Part shown: positions 54,632-64,000 of the stretch, one piece after another | Numbering within the stretch: position 1 is the first letter of the stretch | How the letters are laid out: the number at the start of each line of letters is the position of its first letter | DNA from: Eledone cirrhosa | Taxonomy: Eukaryota | NCBI GenBank assembly: GCA_964016885.1 | Contig: OZ024740.1 | Location: 236,096,001-236,160,000, forward strand | Direction: 5' to 3' | Length of the DNA: 64,000 nt | Program-made: the position numbers and the translations under genes | The notes under the pieces: model-generated | Databases searched by the model: none | Seen by the model: only the letters and a program-made list of their open reading frames with translations | What the model was told of the DNA's origin: nothing

Positions 54632-55307
54632 CAGAGGGATATAAAAGTAGGCACTCCTTATTTTTCAAGGTTCAATAATTGTTTCTACTTTTTGGCACAA
54701 GGCCAGCAATTACTCAGTGTATTACTGGTACTTTATTTTATCGACCCCGTAAGGATGAAAGGCAAAGTCAACCTCGGCGGGATTTGAACACAGACCGTAA
54801 AGGGACGTAACTATGCTGGAAAGCATGGCGTCCGACCCTCTACCGATACTGCCAATCCACCGCCCTTCAAGGTTCAATAATTGTTTCTACTTTTGGCACA
54901 AGGCCAGTAATTACCCAGTGCATTACTGGTACTTTATTTTATCGACCCCGTAAGGATGAAAGGCAAAGTTAACCTCGGCGGGATTTGAACTCAGAATGGC
55001 AAGGGCCGTAACTATGCGTCAAAGCATGGCGTCCGACTCTCTACCGATACTGCCAATCCCCCCTTCAAGGTTCAATAATGCAAAGCAGACAAAAGGCTTT
55101 TCTTTAAGTGGCTCTATTAACATGCTGTGTTAAAGTCTACAATGTGTATGTGCTTGCACTTGTGTGTTAGTGTGTGATTGTAAAGACCTGACCATTTCGT
55201 AGACTTTAACACAGCATTTTAATACAGCCTCTTAAAGAAAAACCTTTTGTCTGCTTAGCATAATTGAACCTTGAAAAATAAGGAGTGCCTTCTTTTGAAT
55301 CCCTCTG
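54632..55307. mobile_element. Tc1/mariner-type MITE carrying two SINE insertions
   Basis: TA-cagagggat..aggcactccttatttttcaaggttcaat ... attgaaccttgaaaaataaggagtgcct..atccctctg-TA. Confidence 0.8.
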
Positions 55308-55456
55308 TATTTTCTCTAAGTATATTTTTCTCTAAGTCTTTTCAAAGAATCCCCATTCTTTAAAACCATCAGCCAATGACTTCCACCTATCCAATCACCT
55401 CCTTCCCCTACCACCAGAAAATGTATAAATACCACCATATCACATTGTCAGTCGAC

Positions 55457-55503
55457 TTTCCTGATGATTTCCTTTGAATGAAACAGTTCTAGTCCTGTAG
55501 AAG
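55457..55503 (+). ncRNA. Type I hammerhead (56661 family)
   Basis: tttc-CTGATGA-tttc-cttt-gaat-GAAA-cag-ttctagtc-ctg-TA-gaag. Degenerate relative at ~32470-32525 (-). Confidence 0.7.
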
Positions 55504-56267
55504 CCATTTCTATATTAAATATTTATACTCTGCTATGTATTGAGTACCTTACTTATTATGGTTACCCCTCGATTGAACCCGGGATACATACATATCTATG
55601 TATATATATATGGCTTAGTGGTTAGAGCATTGGCCTTGCAATCGAAAGGTTGTGAGTCAATTCTCAGACCGGGTGATGTGTTGTTTCCTTGAGCAAGACA
55701 CTTTATTTCACATTCTTCCAGTTTACTCAGCTGTAGAAATGAGATGATAGGACTGGGGTCCCTATCATTCCACTGAAAAGTGGTCGTGGAGGTGCCATGG
55801 CAAAAAAGCACCCAGCCCACACTGTAAAGTGGACGTGTAGGCGCCACAAAATAAAAAAAAAGCACCCAACACTCACCGTAAATGAGGTTGGTGTTAGGAA
55901 GGGCATCCAGCTGTAGAAATCAAGTCAGAATCAGTTCCCGTCCCACACTTGCAAGCAGGGAAAAGCGGACGTAAAATGATGATGATGGTGATATAGTATC
56001 AGTAGAAAATGCACACAGTTGCATAAGACAAACAGACAAGCAACATGATAACACTTGAAGGAATGAAAATTTGAAAAAAATTGACGTTCATTAAGGGAGT
56101 GTTGTTGGGCTGAGGAGCTGAAGAAAAGTAGATATGTGGATTTACATATCAATGTGCATGCACACATACTCATGTATATTCACATGCACATGCACAGGAA
56201 TAAAAGTACACAATATGTATAATAGAATTTATTTGTTATTATTCAGACACCAGAAGCTTATTCTTCA

Positions 56268-56302
<35 letters not shown>

Positions 56303-56606
56303 CGAAGGAAATGTGGTAAGGAACCGGGTGGACCATAACGCACCAAAGTACTCAATACTTAAGGTAGTAGAGTGGGTAATAGGAACGAGTAAGACCCCGA
56401 CGGCTGAGCTCAAGCCGTTTCGACGGCTAATTCTGGACTGAAAAGAATTAGCCGTCGAAACGGCTTGAGCTCAGCCGTCGGGGTCTTACTCGTTCCTATA
56501 TATATATATATATATATATATATACGTTATTCCGGGTTGAATCGGAGGTAACCACAGTAAGTAAGGTACTCAATACATAGCAGAGTATAAAAGTTTTAAT
56601 ATAGAT

Positions 56607-56659
56607 GAGATTCTACAGGACTAGAACTGTTTCATTCATTAGAAATCATCAGGAATCTC
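56607..56659 (-). ncRNA. Type I hammerhead (left arm of the perfect palindrome 56600-56720)
   Basis: Exact reverse complement of 56661-56713. Confidence 0.85.
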
Positions 56660-56660
56660 A

Positions 56661-56713
56661 GAGATTCCTGATGATTTCTAATGAATGAAACAGTTCTAGT
56701 CCTGTAGAATCTC
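56661..56713 (+). ncRNA. Type I hammerhead ribozyme
   Basis: gagattc-CTGATGA-tttc-taat-gaat-GAAA-cag-ttctagtc-ctg-TA-gaatctc. 7-bp stem I, GUA triplet. Confidence 0.85.
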
Positions 56714-56714
56714 A

Positions 56715-56752
<38 letters not shown>

Positions 56753-56909
56753 TATGTATGTATGTATGTATGTATGTATGTATGTATGTATGTATGTATG
56801 TATGTGAGTGGTGTGTGTGTTTGTATGCATGAGTGTTGGTGTGTGAGTGTGTGTGTGTGTGTGTGCGTGTCGTGTCAATAAGTGGGGTTTTTATTTATTT
56901 ATTTTTTAT

Positions 56910-59900
56910 GACCATGCTGTAAAAATGGAGGTAGAGAGGGCCCTTGAGTCTAGTAAGACATCTTCTCTAGTGCTGGTGGCACAAATAAAAGCACCCAGTC
57001 CGTGCTATAAAGTGGCGTTGTTGTTAGGAAGGGCATCCAATGCCAAAACGCTTATCAGCACAGCAACAAATAGATAGGAACAACAACAAAATATGAAGAC
57101 GTCGCATCTCAGAGTTGCAACACTTAATGTTGGCACTCTCAGAGGTAGATCTGCTGAAAAAGCAGAGATGCTGGAGAGAAGGCAGGTGGATGTGTGCTGC
57201 GTGCAAGAGGTGAGATGGAGAGGTGTCTCTGCGAGACTAGTTGTAGGCAAACATCTCAGCTATAAGCTTTTCTGGGTAGGTAAGGATGATGGGTTAGGGG
57301 GAGTTGGCATTTTCCTGGCTGAGTGATGGATCAATAAGACAATAGAGGTAGTTCGAGTTAGTAATCGAATAATTAAGCTTAGATTAGTTGTAGGCAGGAG
57401 ACTACTCATAATCATCTCTGCCTATGCTTCCCAAGCAGGCCTAGGCAAAGATGAGAAAGACTGCTTTTACGAGCAACTTTTACAAACAACCGCAATGACA
57501 GAGGACGGAGACATCGTTATGCTAGCAGGGGACTTCAATGGTCATGTTGGACAGCTCCAGGATGATTACACTGGGGTACATGGTGGGCACGGTTACGGCT
57601 CAAGAAATAAAGAAGGAGTGAGACTTCTTGAATTTTGTGATGCAAGTACACTGACTATTTGCAACACAAACTTCCAGAAACCTGCCAACCAACTAATAAC
57701 CTACAAATCAGGTGAGCACATAAGCCAGATTGACTTCTTACTAGTTAGGCAGCGGGACAGGCAGATAGTGTCTAATACCAAGGCATACCCTGGGGAGAAT
57801 GTACCCCCACAGATAGGTTAGTCGTTAGTGATATCTCAGTAAGAAAGAGATGGAATGAAACATACAGGAAGGTGTGGAGAAGAAAGGTCTGGAAGCTAAA
57901 AGACCTTTCACTAAAATACAAATTTAGGAAAGCTCTTCAAGATGTGTATGACGAAAAAGAAGACGATTTAGAGACGTATGACATAGATAATAACTGGAAT
58001 TTCTTACGTGACAACTTACTGCAGGCTACTGATGAAACTTGCGGCTGGAGCAGAACTCCAACCAGACAGAGAATGAACTGGTGGTGGAACAGCACAGTAG
58101 ATAAGGCCATTAGAGACAAAAGACTAGCATGGAAGGCTTGGAAAAAGGATTGGAGTAGGGAAGAATATACAGCCGCTAAGAGAGAAGATAGACGTCAGGT
58201 GTACTTAGCACGCAGGGAGGCTGAGAGTAGGAGGTTTGCCAAAGTTCTGCGATGGGAAGATCGGAGGCGTGCGGTGTTCCACATTGCAAAGCAGTGTGTC
58301 AATGCAAATCAGGATATTGTTGGAGATAAATGTATCCGGAATGATGCCGGTGTACTGAGTGTCACGAATGATCAGAAAAAGGAGGCCTGGAAATGTCATT
58401 ATGAAAGACTAATGGATGTGGAGAACGAATGGGAGAGAGAGAAATTACCCTTAGTAGATCCGACAGAGGGACCAGCTATTGAGATTTATGAATATAGGGT
58501 CCAAGAGACGATTAAGGAAATGAAAAATGGTAAGGCTGCTGAACCATCGAGAATAGTTGCTGAGATGCTGAAGGCATCTGGGGACGTAGGCACTAAACTG
58601 GTTGCACGCATCATCAATCAGGCTATATATGGTGGTGTCATACCCAAAGACTGGTGCAGCAGTATTCTCATAAATTGTTACAAAGGTAAAGGGGATGCTC
58701 TGGAGAGGAGCAATTATAGGGGTATAAAACTGATGGATCAGGTTATGAAAGTGGCAGAGGGGATATTAGCACAACTAATTAGAGAAAGGGTCAAACTAGA
58801 TGAGATGCAGTTTGGTTTTGTGCCTGGGAAAAGTACAACAGATGCCCTCTTCTTGGTGAGACAATTGCAAGAGAGGTTCTTAGAGAAGAATAAGCCACTA
58901 TACTTAGCCTTTGTTGACCTAGAGAAGGTCTTTGATAGGGTACCCCGATCTGTCATCTGGTGGTCCCTAAGGAAACTAGGTGTTGAGGAATGGCTTGTGA
59001 GGACAGTGCAAACTGTGTACAGAGGTGCTTGCAGTAAAGTGAGGGTAGGAATGGAGTTTAGTGATGAATTCCAGATACAAGTAGGAGTACATCAAGGTTC
59101 GGTCCTCAGCCCGCTCGTGTTCATTATAGTCCTCCAAGCCATAACAGAGGAGTTTAAAACTGGCTGTCCATGGGAACTTCTCTATGCTGATGATCTGGTT
59201 CTTATAGCAGAATCAGTAGAGGAGCTAGAGAATAAATTCTGGCTATGGAAACAGCAGTTGGAATCAAGAGGACTGAGAGTGAACCTAGCTAAGACAAAAG
59301 TGTTGATGAGTAGAAAAGAGGACAAAACTCTGATTCCGTCAGGGAAATGGCCATGTTGGATATGCAGAAAAGGAACTGGCATAAATTCTATAAAATGCAC
59401 ACAATGCAGATCCTGGGTACACAAGAGATGTAGCGGGATAGCAGGCAAACTAACAGGTAGGGAGAAATATGTATGCAGTAGATGTACAGGGAAATTAGAC
59501 AGGAGAAGTCGCATTGATAGACACATTTTCAAATGCAGGCAGGTGCTATAGAAGTAGTGGATAGCTTCTGGTACTTAGGAGATCAGATTAGCAAGGGAGG
59601 GGGGTGTTCCGAGGCCATAGTATCTAGAATAAGGACAGGTTGGAATAAGTTTAGGGAGCTGCTTCCTCTGCTGACGAAGAAGGATTTCTCCCTGCGTATG
59701 AAAGGCCGGTTATATGATGCCTGTTTGAGGAGCGCGATGCTGCATGGTAGTGAGACATGGGCAGCAACTGCAGAGGATATGCAACGGCTGGAGAGAAATG
59801 AGGCAAGCATGCTCCGTTGGATGTGCAGTGTCAATGTGCGTGAACGACCCAGCATAAATATGTTGAGAGAGAAACTGTGTCTGAGAGGGATAGAATGTAG

Positions 59901-60188
59901 TGTACGGGAGAGGAGACGGAGGTGGTATGGACATGTGATGCGCATGGAGGATGACCGATGGGTGAAAAAGTGCCAGGAAATGCCAGTTTAAGGAAGACGT
60001 GGTAGAGGTAGACCACGAAAAACATGGGTGGAGGTGGTGAGAACAGACCTCAGAGCGCTGAAGCTCACGGTGGAGATAACGAAGGACAGTGACAAGTGGA
60101 GAGATGCTGTGCTGAATAAGACCTGTCCCACCCTTGCAAGCAGGGAAGAGCGGACGAAAAAGGATGATGATGATGATGATGATGATGA
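56910..60188 (+). mobile_element. Near full-length RTE-clade LINE family A (APE endonuclease, RT, PHD), inactivated by a stop and frameshifts
   Basis: APE motifs VATLNVGTL, VQEVRW, GDFNGHVG and SQIDF (57093-57821). RT motifs QFGF, DLEKVFD, GVHQGSVLSP and YADD (57872-59551). C-terminal WYGHVMR. (GAT)n tail. Confidence 0.95.
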
Positions 60189-60414
60189 TATATATATAGG
60201 AAAATGTTTAACCCGGACGGCAGAGCTCAAGCCGTTTCAACAGCTATTTCTGGACCAGAAATAGCCGTCGAAACGGCTTGAGCTCTGCCATCGGGGTTAA
60301 ACATTTTCCTATTACCCACAGTATTGAGTACTCAGTTGCGTTATGGTCCATCTGGTTTCTTACCACACTTCCTTCGTTATATATATATATATTATGTATA
60401 CACACTTTGCTTAA

Positions 60415-63400
60415 TCTCTCTTAATCTTTACGCCCCCCCCCCCCCCCTCCCTCCACTGTATCGTATTACGCGCCGGCTAGTTCACCCTTCCAATCACTCC
60501 CATCTCTCACCAAATATAAATAAACCTGTTACGAGGTACGAATCTCAGAATTTGTCAACGCTTATTAATGGTCAGACACCGTCGTCCCCTGCGAAGTGTA
60601 ATGTAAATGCCATTTTTCTTCTCTCTCTCCAGCCTATCGGTCCATTCATTCATATATCCGTATCATCGCCCAGAATCCAATCTTTTGTTCTCTCTCAATG
60701 CTATTCTATAATTCTATCTGGTTGTTTCTAAATAATCTTTTGTATTTTAAAACCCCATTATTCGTTTATTATTACTGTTATATGATTGTCCAATTATGCC
60801 CAAAATTCGAAGATTTCATTTAAACCCTCTCGTAAAATGCCCCATTTGTTTTTCTAAAGTAACAATCTTGTTTGTTTAATTTTGGCTCAAAAATTCTAGG
60901 ATTTATTAAATGGCCTCCTTGTCCCTCTTAATCTTTACCCCCCACCCCCACTGTATCATATTACGCGCCGGCTAGTTCACCCTTTCAATCACTCCCTTCT
61001 CTCACCAAATATAAATAAACCTATTACGAGGTACGAATCTCTGAATTTGTCAACGCTTATTAATTGTCAGACCTCTTCGTCCGCTGCGAAGTGTAATGTA
61101 AATGCCATTTTTCTTATCTCTCTCCAGCCTATCGGTCCATTCATTCATATATACTTATCATCGCCCATAATCCAATCTTTTGCTCTCTCTCAATGCTATT
61201 CTATAATTCTGTCTGGTTGTTTCTAAATAATATTCTTGTATTTTAAAACTCCATTATTCGCTTATTCTTACTGTTATATGCTTGTCCAATTATGCCCAAA
61301 ATTCGAAGATTTCATTTAAACCCTCTCGTAAAATGCCCCATTTGTTTTTCTAAAATAACAATCCTGTTTGTTTAATTTTGTCCGAAAAAGCTAGGATTTA
61401 TAAAATGTCCTCCTTGTCCCTCTTAATCTTTACCCCCCCCCCCCACACACACTGAATTGTATATCGCGCCGGCTAGTTCACCCTTTCAATCACTCCCATC
61501 TCTCACCAAATATAAATAAACCTGTTACGAGGTACGAATCTCAGAATTTGTCAACGCTTATTAATGGTCAGACCTCGTCGTCCCCTGCGAAGTGTAATGT
61601 AAATGCCATTTTTCTTATCTCTCTCCAGCCTATCTGTACATTCATTCATATATACATATCATTGCCCAGAATCCAATCTTTTGCTCTCTCTCAATGCTAT
61701 TCTATAATTCTCTCTGGTTGTTTCTAAATAAACTTCTTGTATTTTAAAACCCCATTATTCGCTTATTATTACTGTTATATGCTTATCCAATTATGCCCCA
61801 AATTCGAAGATTTCATTAAAACCTCCTAAAATGCCCTATTTGTTTTTCTAAAATAATCTTGTTTGTTTAATTTTGGCCGAAAAATTCTAGGATTTATAAA
61901 ATGGCTTCCTTGTCCCTCTTAATCTTTAACCCCCCCCCCCGTATCATATTACGCGCCGGCATGTTCACCCTTTCAATCACTCACTTCTCTCAACATATAT
62001 AAATAAACCTGTTACGAGGTACGAATCTCAGAATTTGTCAACGCTTATTAATGGTCAGACCTCGTCGTCCCCTGCGAAGTGTAATGAAAATGCCATTGTT
62101 CTCATCTCTCTCCAGCCTATCGGTCCATTCATGAATATATCGGTATCATCGCCCCGAATCCAATCTTTTGCTCTCTCTCAATGCTATTCTATAATTCTCT
62201 CCGGTTGTTTCTAAATAATCTTCTTGTATTTTATGGCCTCCCTGTCCCTCTTAATCTTTAATCTGTTTCTAAATAATCTTATTGTATTTTAAAACCCCAT
62301 TATTCGATTATTATTACTGTTATATGCTTATCCAATTATGCCCAAAATTCGAAGATTTCATTAAAACCTTCTCCTAAAATGCCCCATTTGTTTTTCTAAA
62401 ATAACAATGTTGCTTGTTTAATTTTGAACGAAAAATTCTAGGATTTATAAAATGGCCTCCTTGTCCCTCTTAATCTTTACCCAACAACCAACAACTGTAT
62501 CATATTACGCGCCTGCTAGTTCACCCTTTCAATCACTCCCTTCTCTCACCAAATATAAATAAACCTGTTACGAGATACGAATCTCAGAATTTGTCAACGC
62601 TTATTAATGGTCAGATCTCGTCGTCCCCTGCGAAGTGTAATGTAAATGCCATTTTTCTTATCTCTCTCCAGCCTATCGGTCCATTCATTCATATATCTGT
62701 ATCATCGCCCAGAATCCAATCTTCAGCTCTCTCTCACTGCTATTCTATAATTCTGTTTGGTTGTTTCTTAATAATCTTCTTGTCTTTTATGGCCTCCTTG
62801 TCCCGTTTAATCTTTAATCTCTGTTTCTAAATAATGTTATTGTATTTTAAAACCCCATTATTCGTTTATTATTACTGTTATATGCTTGTCCAAAAATGCC
62901 GCATATTCGAAGATTTCATTTAAACCTTCTCTTAAAATGCCCTATTTGTTTTTCTAAAATAACAATCTTGCTTGTTTAATTTTGGTCGAAAAATTCTAGG
63001 ATTTATAAGATAGCCTCCTTGTCCCGCTTAATCTTTACCCCCCCCCCCCCCCCTCCACTATATCGTATTACGCGCCGGCTAGTTCACCCTTTCAATCACT
63101 CCCTTCTCTCACCAAATATAAATAAACCTGTTACAATGTACGAATCTCAGAATTTGTCAACGCTTATTAATGGTCAGACTCCGTCGTCCCCTGCGAAGTG
63201 TAATATAAATGCCATTTTTCTTGTCTCTCTCCAGCCAATTGGTCCATTCATTCATATATACTTATCATCGCCCATAATCCAATCTTTTGCTCTCTCTCAA
63301 TGCTATTCTATAATTCTGTCTGGTTGTTTCTAAATAATCTTCTTGTAATTTAAAACCCCATTATACGCGTATTATTACTGTTATATGCTTGTCCAGTTAT

Positions 63401-64000
63401 GCTCAAAATTCGAAGATTTCATTAAAACCCTCTCGTAAAATGCCCCATTTGTTTTTCTAAAATAACAATCTTGTCTGTTTAATTTAGGCCGAAAAATTCT
63501 AGGATTTATAAAATGGCCTCCTTGTCCCTCTTAATCTTTACCCCACACCCTCCACTGTATCGTATTACGCGCCGGCTAGTTCACCTTTGCAATCACTCCC
63601 TTCTCTCACCAAATATAAATAAACCTGTTACGATGTACGAATCTCAGAATTTGTCAACCCTTACTAATGGTCAGACCTCGTGGTCCCCTGCCATTATTCG
63701 CTTATTATTACTGTTGTATGCTTGTCCAATTATGCCCAAAATTCGAAGATTTCATTTAAACCCTCACGTAATATTCCCCATTTGTTTTTCTAAAATAACA
63801 ATCTTGTTTGATTAATCTTGGCCGAAAAGTTCTAGGATTTATAAAATGTCCTCCTTTTCCCTCTTAATCTTTACGACCCCCCCCCCCCCCCCCACCGTTC
63901 ACATTACGCGCCGGCTTGTTCACTTTCAATCACTCCCTTCTCTCACCAAATATAAATAAACCTGTTACGATGTACGAATCTCAGAATTTGTCAACGCTTA
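60415..64000. repeat. ~500-bp tandem satellite, 7 units plus a partial eighth, running off the window
   Basis: The anchor cgcgcc(g/t)gc occurs at 60469, 60964, 61465, 61952, 62508, 63071, 63568 and 63907. Confidence 0.93.

Noticed and set aside
56910-60188. Active autonomous LINE
   Set aside because: It has an in-frame stop at 57324-57326 and frameshifts near 57800, 59535 and 59988, unless these are assembly errors.
60324-63815. Repeated 80-135 aa ORFs in the satellite
   Set aside because: Stops and frames differ between units and there is no recognisable domain.

Overview
AT-rich, repeat-saturated eukaryotic (metazoan) genomic DNA. The repeat content suggests a cephalopod such as Octopus (inference). 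I found no host protein-coding gene with confidence. Most ORFs in the track are microsatellite artefacts, and the real coding segments are retrotransposon relics: two RTE LINE families with a PHD finger inside the RT, plus Penelope-like RT, R4/Dong-like REL endonuclease, Tx1/L1 and CR1 3' fragments. The window also holds tRNA-derived SINEs, Tc1/mariner, pogo and piggyBac-type MITEs, a 4.7-kb (ACA/CCA/ACT) compound microsatellite and a ~500-bp satellite at the right end. The most striking signal is RNA structure. About 20 type I hammerhead ribozyme (HHR) motifs from more than 10 unrelated short elements sit in (TA)n tracts, often as fold-back palindromes. A 3.3-copy ~420-bp tandem array at 52.8-54.2 kb carries one minimal HHR and one octamer per unit, like a retrozyme or newt satellite 2. 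A tandemly repeated H-type pseudoknot module occurs in the RTE-derived non-coding repeats. All coordinates and folds were read by eye and have not been computed.
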